Under the pieces are notes generated by a model. It did no database searches. It was not told where the DNA came from and saw only the letters and a program-made list of their open reading frames with translations. Made by a program: the position numbers and the translations under genes. A DNA stretch of 64,000 nt from Planctomycetota bacterium (lineage in GTDB: Bacteria; Planctomycetota; MHYJ01; WSZJ01): NCBI GenBank assembly GCA_038060895.1, contig JBBTCT010000022.1:288001-352000 (forward strand). The letters run 5' to 3'. Positions 31,239-41,779 of this stretch are shown piece after piece (position 1 is the first letter of the stretch; each line of letters starts with the position of its first letter).

Positions 31239-32075
31239 ATGAAAGTGCTCGCGCCGGCGCTGCTGCTCCTGATCTCGATCGCTTCCCGTCCGTGTGCCGA
31301 AGAGCCGACGCTGGAGCAGCTGAAGGAAAAGCTGCAGAAGAGCTGGGAGCCCTGGAAAGGGTGCGAGCCGGGATCCTGGGTCCAGATGAAAACGTCGTCG
31401 ATCAACGCCACGAACCGCACGGAGACGGAGTACCGGCAAACGCTGGTGTCCCGCGACGAAACGGGAACCACGACGGAGATGCGGACCGTGAAGAGGTCGA
31501 AGGATTCCGAAGGCCGCGACGTCGTGGAGCTTGGCGAGCCCCAGACTTCCAGGATGCCCGTCGCAGCACAGGCCGGCGGCTATGAGGAGTTCAAGGATCT
31601 GCGGCATGAGGAGATCGTGGTCCTCGGTCGCAAGCTGGACTGCCGCGTCGTCGAGGCGACCTACGTGTACAAGTATCCGCAGCCCGTGAACGGGCAGACT
31701 GAGATCCGCACGAAGGTCACGATGTGGATCTCGCCAGAAATCCAGGAGATGGGCGGCATCGTGAAGACCGAGGCCGACACCGACAACAAGGTCGCGGGCA
31801 TGGGAATGGGAAGCTCGGACATGACGCTTCTCGAGACAGGGAAAGAAGTGAAGGTCGGCGACCGGACGGTGAAATGTTCCGTCTACCGCTACGGCAATTC
31901 CACGGGCAAGGAGGAAATGACAAGCAGCGGCGAGCTCTTCATGAGCTCCGAGATCCCGATGGGCTACGCGAAAATGAGGACTGTCATGAACTACAAGGCG
32001 GGCAACGCGATGGTGCGCTCGGAATATGAGGTGGAAGTCACGGGCATGGAGATCGTGGAGCCGAAGACAGAGTAA
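31239..32075 (+). CDS. Secreted beta-rich hypothetical protein (two similar domains)
   Basis: Signal peptide MKVLAPALLL; repeated E.I.V.GR.L.C...W.S.EI..G..K pattern. Confidence 0.75.
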   Translation: MKVLAPALLLLISIASRPCAEEPTLEQLKEKLQKSWEPWKGCEPGSWVQMKTSSINATNRTETEYRQTLVSRDETGTTTEMRTVKRSKDSEGRDVVELGEPQTSRMPVAAQAGGYEEFKDLRHEEIVVLGRKLDCRVVEATYVYKYPQPVNGQTEIRTKVTMWISPEIQEMGGIVKTEADTDNKVAGMGMGSSDMTLLETGKEVKVGDRTVKCSVYRYGNSTGKEEMTSSGELFMSSEIPMGYAKMRTVMNYKAGNAMVRSEYEVEVTGMEIVEPKTE

Positions 32076-32086
32076 CGCGGCCGGCG

Positions 32087-34030
<1,944 letters not shown>

Positions 34031-34094
34031 GGAGGGCTCCTGGGGATTGGGAGTGCGTTGGCGCATTCGGAAGGCGGACGGTCTTCGTCAAAGG

Positions 34095-34219
34095 ACAACT
34101 TCAAGACCGCGAACTTTCAAGCAATCGACAACTCCAAATGGCAATCACCGGCCTCTTCCCCGGATGGCGTTGCCCTTTGAAGTTGGCGTTTGCTTGAAAG
34201 TTCGCGGTCTTGAAGTTGT
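34095..34219. repeat. 125-bp long palindrome (30-bp perfect outer arms)
   Basis: ACAACTTCAAGACCGCGAACTTTCAAGCAA (34095-34124) is the exact reverse complement of 34190-34219; inner 16-bp arms have 2 mismatches. Confidence 0.9.
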
Positions 34220-34254
34220 TGTTCCCGGCGCGACAGCGCCGGCATCATGCCCGC

Positions 34255-35118
34255 ATGAAACCGTCACCGCCCAACATCGGCGCTCACATGTCCATCGCGG
34301 GCGGCCTGCATCTGGCGCTCGATCGCGGCGCGGAAGTCGGCTGCCGCTCCATCGCGATGTTCTGCAAGTCGTCGAACCAGTGGCGCGCGGCTGCGCTTCC
34401 CGATGACGAGATCGAGCTGTTCCGCAGAAAGCGCCGCGAGATGAAAGTGCCGCACGTCGTTGCGCACGCCTCCTACCTGGTAAACCTGGCTTCGCCGGTG
34501 CCCGCACTTCTTGAAAAATCGCGCGCCGCGTTCCGCGTCGAGATGGAGCGGTGCGAAGCGGTCGGCGCGGACTACCTTGTCTTTCATCCCGGCGCGCACA
34601 TGGGGGCGGGCGAGGAAGCGGGACTCGCGACGCTCGCCGCTTCCCTCGACCGGATGCACCAGGAGTGCGCCGGCTTCAGGCTCAAGGTTCTTCCCGAGAT
34701 CACCGCCGGCGCCGGGACGCTTCTCGGGTCCCGCTTCGAGCACCTCGCCGGCATTCTCACGCGGGTCCGCGAGCCGGAACGCCTCGGATTCTGCCTCGAC
34801 ACGTGCCATCTCTTCGCCGCGGGATACGACATCCGCACGCCCGCCGGCTGGCGTGCCGTGACGGACGAGCTGGAGGGGACGGTTGGCACGAAGCGCGTGC
34901 TGGCGTGGCACGTCAACGACTCGAAGGGTGATCTTGGGTCGAAGAAGGACAGGCACGAGAATCTCGGCCGCGGGAAGATCGGAAAGGAAGCCTTCCGGTG
35001 CCTGATGAACGACAAGCGGTTTGCGGCTGCGCCGAAGTTGCTCGAGACGCCGAAAGAGGACGGGATGGACGCAAAGAATCTCGCGCTGCTTCGACGGCTG
35101 GCGAAACCGGCTCGCTAG
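34255..35118 (+). CDS. nfo: Endonuclease IV
   Basis: IGAHMSIAGG, HASYLVNLAS, FHPG, CLDTCH, HVNDSK, DRHE, LETP. Confidence 0.95.
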   Translation: MKPSPPNIGAHMSIAGGLHLALDRGAEVGCRSIAMFCKSSNQWRAAALPDDEIELFRRKRREMKVPHVVAHASYLVNLASPVPALLEKSRAAFRVEMERCEAVGADYLVFHPGAHMGAGEEAGLATLAASLDRMHQECAGFRLKVLPEITAGAGTLLGSRFEHLAGILTRVREPERLGFCLDTCHLFAAGYDIRTPAGWRAVTDELEGTVGTKRVLAWHVNDSKGDLGSKKDRHENLGRGKIGKEAFRCLMNDKRFAAAPKLLETPKEDGMDAKNLALLRRLAKPAR

Positions 35119-36074
35119 ACACCCTTTCCCAGGATGTCCCTGACCCGGTTCCAGTCGCGCGTCAGCCACGGGTTCGGGGTCATGACCATGCTCACGCGGT
35201 CCAGCAGTTCAAAGGTCTCCGCGTCCACCTTGACCCAGTTTCCGTCCCCGCCCGCGTTCAGCGTCGGAACGCCCGCATGGCACACCCGGCTGGTTTCCAG
35301 GAATTTGCCCTTTGTCTTCGCGCGCATCAGACCCAGCGGCTCTTCGATGGCGCTCCGCGGAAGCAGTTTGCCGCGCCGGTGAGCCCAGACCGCGAGGAAG
35401 TAGAGGCCGCGCAGCAGGTCGTACCAGTAGAACCGCGGAAATCCGAGTTCGAGCCAGTCCTCGTTGATCACGCCGCCGGTGTCGATCGCCCGGTACAGGC
35501 GGTGGTCCAGCAAGTAGCGGGCGCCGTTGTCGAGGAAGCGCTCTTCTTCGGGTGTCCAGGGGCGCTTCGTGCAGAAGAGCACCGCTTCCAGCGGCGGCAG
35601 CGTGGAGACGACGGAGCTTTTCGGGGTCTCCCTGGTGTACACGCGCTCATCGCAATTGAGGCCGCCGTCGGGGAGCTGGTACTTGAGGAACCACGGGCGG
35701 ATCCACGGCAGGGCGGCATCGACCTCGACGTTGCAGGCGTGGAGAAGCTGGTAGAGGCATCCGAGCGCGCAGTGGCACGGGATGTGGCGCATCGGGTCCG
35801 CGCCCTTGGGGACTTCTGATTCGCGAATCGGGAAAATCTGCACAAAGTGGCGGGAAACCACTTCGGCAAGCTTGTCCACGGCGACGCGCGGGATGCGCTC
35901 TGCGAGCCCCATCTCGAAAAGAAGGAGCATGCGCCACCAGGGCGTGTCCCACTTCGGCCAGTACGGGTCCCGCTCGAGGCTCGCCATGGCTTCGGGGGAC
36001 GCGAGGTACTCCACCGTCGATTGGACGGCTGACTCCAGGCTGGGGTCGAGCGGCTGCAACAGGACTCCCGTCAA
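35115..36074 (-). CDS. Prenyltransferase/squalene-cyclase-like alpha/alpha barrel protein
   Basis: YWPKWD, QLPDGGLNC (QW-repeat-like), YLLDHRLY, FPRFYWYDLLRGL. Confidence 0.7.
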   Translation of the reverse strand: MTGVLLQPLDPSLESAVQSTVEYLASPEAMASLERDPYWPKWDTPWWRMLLLFEMGLAERIPRVAVDKLAEVVSRHFVQIFPIRESEVPKGADPMRHIPCHCALGCLYQLLHACNVEVDAALPWIRPWFLKYQLPDGGLNCDERVYTRETPKSSVVSTLPPLEAVLFCTKRPWTPEEERFLDNGARYLLDHRLYRAIDTGGVINEDWLELGFPRFYWYDLLRGLYFLAVWAHRRGKLLPRSAIEEPLGLMRAKTKGKFLETSRVCHAGVPTLNAGGDGNWVKVDAETFELLDRVSMVMTPNPWLTRDWNRVRDILGKGV

Positions 36075-36135
36075 AGGGAAGGGCGAAAGGAACTCGTGGA
36101 CAGTTTTACCAGATTCGAGGCGCGGCAGGCCCGCA

Positions 36136-36831
36136 CTAGAACTTCGGGGCGCCCACGTGGAAGGTGAAGTCCCTCCCCATCCACGAGATCACATCGCCTT
36201 CCTTGAGCACGTGGTCCGTGAAGGGCTGCCTGTTGACCTTCGCCGGTTTCCATTTCCCCAGGTTGTAGATGATGAACGACGTCGTGTCGCGCAGGAGGAG
36301 AACGTGGCGGGGAAGGACCCCGAATCCTGCGCCACGGAAGTCGCAGGTCTTTTCGGTCCCCATCCAGGTCGCGGTCTTCATGACCGTCATCGTCTCGATC
36401 TTGCCGTCGGGGCGCGGAAACGTGATGTACCCGGCCAGCGCGCTCGACCGTTCCTTGGCGATCTTCTCCATCGCCCGCTGGTCGACGAGGATCGTGCCCT
36501 CGATGTTGTTGTGATCCGTCGCCTTCGCCGGCCGGACGCCTTCCGACTGCTGCGGTTCGCGGAAGAGGCACGAGAACTTGCCCATCCAGAACTCGTCGCC
36601 GTCGTTCAGGTTGTACTGCGCGATGCGGGCGCCCCGCACGTACGTCCCGTTTTCGCTGAGGTCGATGAGAATCCAGACGCCGCCCGAGCGGAAGAGCTGG
36701 GTGTGCTTGCGGGAAATGCCGACGTTTTCGATGACGACGTCGCAGGCCTTGTCCCGGCCGATGACGACCTCTTCCTTGTCGAACTTGTAGTGCTTCAGCA
36801 CCTTGCGGTCGATCATGAGCGTCAGTTCCAC
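36136..36831 (-). CDS. Tandem FHA domain protein
   Basis: VIGRDKACDVVI..ISRKH..SENGTYV first FHA; second degenerate FHA; GTG start after GGAGG. Confidence 0.85.
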   Translation of the reverse strand: MELTLMIDRKVLKHYKFDKEEVVIGRDKACDVVIENVGISRKHTQLFRSGGVWILIDLSENGTYVRGARIAQYNLNDGDEFWMGKFSCLFREPQQSEGVRPAKATDHNNIEGTILVDQRAMEKIAKERSSALAGYITFPRPDGKIETMTVMKTATWMGTEKTCDFRGAGFGVLPRHVLLLRDTTSFIIYNLGKWKPAKVNRQPFTDHVLKEGDVISWMGRDFTFHVGAPKF

Positions 36832-36832
36832 T

Positions 36833-37666
36833 TCAGGCCTCCCTTCCGTCGGGCTCGACGAATCGGATGTCAGGGGGCGACGAAAGCACACCGGCACGGG
36901 CGCCGTCGGCCAGCAGCCGGCGAATGGCTTCCCTTCCGACAGGGCCGAAATCGACGGTCCATCGGTTGACGTACATGGAGACGAAGCGGTCGGCCTTATC
37001 GCGGGCGAGGCCCCGGGCGTAGGTGAGCGCGTGGTCGAGGGCGGCTCCGCGGTGCGCAAGGCCGTGCTCGATGGACGCGCGAAGATCCTTCGCAATTCTT
37101 GCGAGTGTCGCCGGGCCCAGCGACCTGCGGACGGCATTCCCCCCGAGCGGAAGCGGCAGCCCGGTCTTCTCCATCCACCAGGCGCCGAGATCGACGACAA
37201 GCTCGAGCCCCTTCTCCGAATAGGTCAGCTGTCCTTCATGAATGACAAGCGCCGCGTCGGCCGCGCCTTCCATCACGCGGTCCACGACCTGGTCGAAGGG
37301 CGTCACGACCGCCTCGAACTCCGGCAGCCAGAGGCGCGCCGCGAGATACGCGGTGGTGCGCAGACCGGGGACGGCGATTCGCTTACCGCGCAGGTCGCCC
37401 TTTTTCTTCGCGACGACCGTGGGGCCGTAGCCGTCGCCGAAAGAGGCTCCGGTTGTGAGGAGCGCGTACTTGCCCGCGATGGACGCGTACCCGTGAAACG
37501 AGACCGCGGTCACGTCGTACGTCTCCTTCTCCGCTTCCCGGTTCAGGGTCTCGATGTCCGACAGCACATGCCGGTAGGCGAGGGCGCCTGGGACGGCGCC
37601 GGTCGCGAGCGCGTGGAACATGAACGCGTCGTCGGAGTCGGGGGAGTGGGCAAGCGTGAGGGTCAT
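36833..37666 (-). CDS. mqnD: 1,4-dihydroxy-6-naphthoate synthase (futalosine pathway)
   Basis: AHSPDSDDAFMF, DIETLN, SFGDGYGP, IHEGQLTY, LPLPLGG, MYVN. Confidence 0.9.
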   Translation of the reverse strand: MTLTLAHSPDSDDAFMFHALATGAVPGALAYRHVLSDIETLNREAEKETYDVTAVSFHGYASIAGKYALLTTGASFGDGYGPTVVAKKKGDLRGKRIAVPGLRTTAYLAARLWLPEFEAVVTPFDQVVDRVMEGAADAALVIHEGQLTYSEKGLELVVDLGAWWMEKTGLPLPLGGNAVRRSLGPATLARIAKDLRASIEHGLAHRGAALDHALTYARGLARDKADRFVSMYVNRWTVDFGPVGREAIRRLLADGARAGVLSSPPDIRFVEPDGREA

Positions 37667-37725
37667 CGGAGCGGAATCATAGGGAGGGAGGGAGGGCGGG
37701 TCAACCGGGGGAGTGCCGGCCTTCG

Positions 37726-39264
37726 CTATTTCGCCTGGAGCAGCTCGCAACGGCCCTGCTGGGGTTTCCCGAGGGCCCAGGTGAGCGTTCCCTGCCCGGA
37801 AGCGAGGTCCAGGTCGAGCACCGCGTCGGGATTCTGCAGCTCGACGTGAATTCGAGTCGGCTGGCCGCCCTTGAGGTCGATCCGGTTCACGGAGACGCGC
37901 GGCAGCGGAAAGGTGTTGATTCCGTCGAACACGAGAACCGTGCCGACGGCCTCGCCGGCGACGAATTCATGCACCGTGTCCTGCCAGGTGTTCTCACAGC
38001 TGCGGGTCGCGCGTGACTCCAGCTTCACGGAGCGGACCTCCAAACCCGAGATATCTCCCGGGGAAGACAAGGAAATCGCGACGATGTCCTCGAGCAGGCG
38101 AGCGGGAGCAGGAGGCGCCGCTTCGTCCCTCGCGAAATTCCCCACGACGCAGGGGCGCTGCACTTCCAGCCGAGGCCGCGCGGCGCTCGAGCGGACACGC
38201 GCGGGCCGAGAAGGCGCGACCGCGGAGGATTTTGAGAACGGTCCCAGTCCGAGAACCTTGGCTGCGATGAGGCCGACTGCTGCCACTGCCGCGACGAGAA
38301 ACAGCCAGGGGAGGATCGCAGAGCGGGGCTTCGCTTCCTGGAGCATCCGCTGGGTCCCCGGAGTTGCATCGAGCATCTGCCCTGGCGCCGGCGACCGGGG
38401 TACCGCCTTCATAGGCTGGTGCGGAGTCTCCAGGTCAAGACGAGGCGCCGGCGTCGAGTCCGGCGCGAAGACCTTGAGCGTCGCTTCCAGCGCCGTGACG
38501 AAGGCGCTGGCGGTGGGGAAGCGCTCCTCCGGGTTTTCATGAAAGGCGCGTTCGAGGACGGCGTCGGCTGCGCGAGGGACGCGGTGGGAAATGGTGCTTG
38601 CCGGCTTGTAGCCGGTGAAGGGAGTGCGGTTCGTGAATATCTCGTAGGCGACGATGCCGAGGGAGTACACGTCCGAGCGGCGGTCGATCACCCCGCCTTC
38701 CGTGAATTGTTCCGGCGCCGAGTAGATGACGGTGCCACCGAGCGCGGAGCTGTCTTTCGAGACGGGGTCCTTGCGTCCGATCTGCGCGATGCCGAAGTCG
38801 CCCAGGCGGACGATCGACTTGTCGAGGATGAAGTTGTCCGGCTTGATGTCGCGGTGAACGACGCCGCGGTCGTGCGCGTGGTCCAGGCCCGCCGCGGCCT
38901 GCCTCAGAATTGAGAGCGCCTCGTCGCGCTCCGGCTGGCCCCATTTGAGCCGTTCCCGCAGCGTCGGCCCCGAAACGAATTCCATCACGATGTAGTGCGA
39001 GGATCCGTGGACGCCCGAAGCCAGCCCCCGGATGAGATTCGGGTGGTCGAGCTTCGTCACGATCGCCGCTTCCGCCCGGAACATGTTCACCATGTCCGGG
39101 TTTTTCGCCAGGTCGCTGCGAAGGAACTTGATGGCGACGTGGCGGTCCGTCGGGATCTCGGTCCCCTCGTAGATCGTGGCCATGCCGCCGCGGGCGCGCA
39201 TCGCACCGAGGCGGAAGCGCTCGTGGATCAGGATGCCACGGGGGAGAGTTTCAGATTCCCTCAC
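37726..39264 (-). CDS. Membrane Ser/Thr protein kinase
   Basis: RGGMATIY, VAIK, HRDIKPDN, DFG, YSAPE, one TM, extracytoplasmic domain. Confidence 0.92.
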   Translation of the reverse strand: MRESETLPRGILIHERFRLGAMRARGGMATIYEGTEIPTDRHVAIKFLRSDLAKNPDMVNMFRAEAAIVTKLDHPNLIRGLASGVHGSSHYIVMEFVSGPTLRERLKWGQPERDEALSILRQAAAGLDHAHDRGVVHRDIKPDNFILDKSIVRLGDFGIAQIGRKDPVSKDSSALGGTVIYSAPEQFTEGGVIDRRSDVYSLGIVAYEIFTNRTPFTGYKPASTISHRVPRAADAVLERAFHENPEERFPTASAFVTALEATLKVFAPDSTPAPRLDLETPHQPMKAVPRSPAPGQMLDATPGTQRMLQEAKPRSAILPWLFLVAAVAAVGLIAAKVLGLGPFSKSSAVAPSRPARVRSSAARPRLEVQRPCVVGNFARDEAAPPAPARLLEDIVAISLSSPGDISGLEVRSVKLESRATRSCENTWQDTVHEFVAGEAVGTVLVFDGINTFPLPRVSVNRIDLKGGQPTRIHVELQNPDAVLDLDLASGQGTLTWALGKPQQGRCELLQAK

Positions 39265-39468
39265 GGCAGGAAGGATAGCACCGTGGGGCCAGCGAAGCGA
39301 AGCGGAGGGAGGCAGGCGGGGGGGCCTGGAAATGCAAAATCAAAGAATCCGCTTTGCACCCCTGCGGCGTAGGTTAACGTGGCGCCCTGCGAAGAGCCCG
39401 TTGGGGGGGTGGAGCGGTTCCACCGCCGCGCACGGCTCAGGGGAAACGAACTGGCGGAGGTGAACGCG

Positions 39469-39834
39469 ATGGACATGAATCGGCGGGACTTCAGCAAGAT
39501 GGTGATCGCGGCAGTCGGCGGAATCGTTGCGGGCGGCGGTATGCTCGGCTGCAGCGGCGACGGCGAGAAGGACGGCGGGAAGAAAGACCACATGTGCGCC
39601 GGAAAGAACGAGTGCAAGGGCCAGGGCGGCTGCAAGGTGAACAATGCGAATTGCGCCGGCAAGAACGAGTGCAAGGGCAAGGGCGGTTGCGCTTCGGCCG
39701 CGATGAAGCACGACTGCAAGGGCAAGAACGCGTGCAAGGGCCAGGGCGGCTGCAAGGTTGAGGGCGCGAACAAGTGCTCCGGCATGAACGAGTGCAAGGG
39801 CAAGGGCGGCTGCAAGGTTCCGGGCAAGCACTAA
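39469..39834 (+). CDS. Cys-rich RiPP precursor (bufferin BufA2-like), Tat lipoprotein
   Basis: NRRDFSK Tat motif, MLGC lipobox, four C-x-G-x-N-x-C-K-G-x-G-G-C repeats; directly upstream of DUF692. Confidence 0.85.
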   Translation: MDMNRRDFSKMVIAAVGGIVAGGGMLGCSGDGEKDGGKKDHMCAGKNECKGQGGCKVNNANCAGKNECKGKGGCASAAMKHDCKGKNACKGQGGCKVEGANKCSGMNECKGKGGCKVPGKH

Positions 39835-39840
39835 GCATTC

Positions 39841-39880
39841 GGGGCCCGGCGGGCAGCAAACCCGCCGGGCCCTTTTTATT
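39841..39880 (+). terminator. Intrinsic terminator/stabilising hairpin after precursor gene
   Basis: GGGCCCGGCGGG-CAGCAAA-CCCGCCGGGCCC-TTTTTATT. Confidence 0.85.
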
Positions 39881-39899
39881 CGGCCCGACGCTGGGAGGT

Positions 39900-40763
39900 A
39901 TGCGTGTGATCGTCCCGAACAAGTGGGGATTCCCGGATCTCGGCCTGGGCGTCGGGCTGAGGACGGTGCATTACGACCACATTCTCAAGAAACGGCCGCG
40001 GGTTGACTGGTTCGAGGTCCTGTCCGAGAACTACATGGACACGGACGGGCGGCCGATGCGGATCCTGGAGCAGGTCGCCGCGAGATACCCGGTGGCGCTC
40101 CACGGCGTTTCGCTATCGATCGGCAGCACGGATCCGCTGGACTTCGAGTACCTGAAGAAGCTGAAGCGCCTCGCGGAGAAAGTACAGGCGCAGTGGCTGG
40201 GCGACCACGTCTGCTGGACCGGCGTGGCGGGGCGCAACGGGCACGATCTCCTGCCGGTTCCGCTGAACGAGGAGACGCTGAAGCACATCGTGAAGCGGAT
40301 TCGCACGGTGCAGGACTTCCTCGAACGGCCGCTCATCCTCGAAAACGCTTCGACGTACGTGACTTTCGCCAACAGCACCATGCCGGAGCAGGAGTTCATA
40401 GCCCGGATGTCGGAGGATGCGGACTGCGGGCTGCTCCTGGACGTGAACAACGTGTACGTGAGCTGCCGCAACCACGACTGGGACCCGTGGGCGTACCTCG
40501 AAGGGATTCCCTACCACCGCGTGACGCAGATTCACCTCGCGGGGCACACCGACAACGGGACTCACTGCATCGACACGCACAATGCGCGCGTCGTCGACGA
40601 GGTGTGGAAGTACTACGCCGAGGTTCACAGGCGCACCGGAGGACGGGCGACGCTTCTGGAATGGGACGCGGACATCCCGTCGTTCCCCGAAGTGCACGCC
40701 GAGGTTCTGAAAGCGAAGAAGTTCCGTCGCGAGGCGATGAAGCGTGAGCGCGCGGCGCGGTAG
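39900..40763 (+). CDS. DUF692 multinuclear non-heme iron oxidase (MNIO; BufB/HvfB-like)
   Basis: GVGLR, WFEVLSENY, HGVSLSIG, DH, DLLP, LEN, LLDVNNVYV, QIHLAGH, IDTH, LLEWD. Confidence 0.95.
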   Translation: MRVIVPNKWGFPDLGLGVGLRTVHYDHILKKRPRVDWFEVLSENYMDTDGRPMRILEQVAARYPVALHGVSLSIGSTDPLDFEYLKKLKRLAEKVQAQWLGDHVCWTGVAGRNGHDLLPVPLNEETLKHIVKRIRTVQDFLERPLILENASTYVTFANSTMPEQEFIARMSEDADCGLLLDVNNVYVSCRNHDWDPWAYLEGIPYHRVTQIHLAGHTDNGTHCIDTHNARVVDEVWKYYAEVHRRTGGRATLLEWDADIPSFPEVHAEVLKAKKFRREAMKRERAAR

Positions 40764-41748
40764 CGGCGACGAAGGCCGGAAAGTCCGGGGTTCAGCGCCG
40801 CGGCGCGGCCGCGGATCGGAGGCTGCGCCGGGGCGCATCGAAGGACTGGTCTTCGCCGGCCATCCCGGGGGGCTTCCGAGGGTCCAGGCGAGCCGGCCGC
40901 GCGCCCCGCTGCGCGCCGGCCTGGACGCCGTCGAGAACTGGATGCAGGCCGTGATCACGGACCCGGGCGGCGTCGCCGCAGGAGAGCGTTCGACGGAAGC
41001 ACGGCGGCACATTGACCGCGGCGCCGGGACCATCGAGCAGGTCATCCTCCCATCGCGTCAGCAGTCCTCGCGAGAGCGTCTCCAGGTTTATGCGAACGCC
41101 TACTACTGGCGCCTCATCGATATCCTCGCCGAGGAGTACCCGGTCGTCCGACACGCGACTGGGCCACGTCGGTTCTCGCGCCTCGCCGTCGAATACCTGC
41201 AGACGCATCCTTCGCGCAGCTACTCCCTCAACTTCCTCAGCATTGCGTTCCCGGCGTTCCTTCGAAGCGGGGCGAAGCAACTTCCGCGGCGTGACTTTCT
41301 CGCGGACGTCGCAACGGTTGAGCGGACCATGGAAGACGTCTTTGACGCGCCGGACGTCAAACCGATCACGCCAAAGGCGTGGAGGAAAATCCCGATGTCG
41401 GCCTGGATGTCGAAGAGGCTGAAGATGACGCCGGCGATGCGGCTGCTCGAGCTCGGATACCCGGTGAACGGGTACCTCTCCGACGTGAGAGAAGGAAAGA
41501 ACGTGAAGCCGCCGCCGAAGGAGAAGCAGCGGATTATCATTTTCCGCCGGAACTACTCGGTGTGGCGAGCGCCGCTCACGCCGATCCGCTTCAAGCTCCT
41601 CTCCCTGCTCCAGTCCGGATCAACGTTGCCTGAGGCCTTCGGCGCGTGCGCCGCGCTGAAGGGCTTCGACGCGGAGAAGTTCACAGGAGCTCTGAAAGGG
41701 TGGTTTCGAGGATGGGCATCCGACGGACTTTTTTGCGGAGTGGATTGA
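40744..41748 (+). CDS. DUF2063 MNIO partner protein (BufC/HvfC-like)
   Basis: RLQVYANAYYWRL..L.EEYP, F..L...YL..HPS.S..L, LADVA.VE; follows DUF692. Confidence 0.88.
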   Translation: MSARRGSGDEGRKVRGSAPRRGRGSEAAPGRIEGLVFAGHPGGLPRVQASRPRAPLRAGLDAVENWMQAVITDPGGVAAGERSTEARRHIDRGAGTIEQVILPSRQQSSRERLQVYANAYYWRLIDILAEEYPVVRHATGPRRFSRLAVEYLQTHPSRSYSLNFLSIAFPAFLRSGAKQLPRRDFLADVATVERTMEDVFDAPDVKPITPKAWRKIPMSAWMSKRLKMTPAMRLLELGYPVNGYLSDVREGKNVKPPPKEKQRIIIFRRNYSVWRAPLTPIRFKLLSLLQSGSTLPEAFGACAALKGFDAEKFTGALKGWFRGWASDGLFCGVD

Positions 41749-41779
41749 TCCAGGGGCTTCGACGAAGCGTATCTATCTC

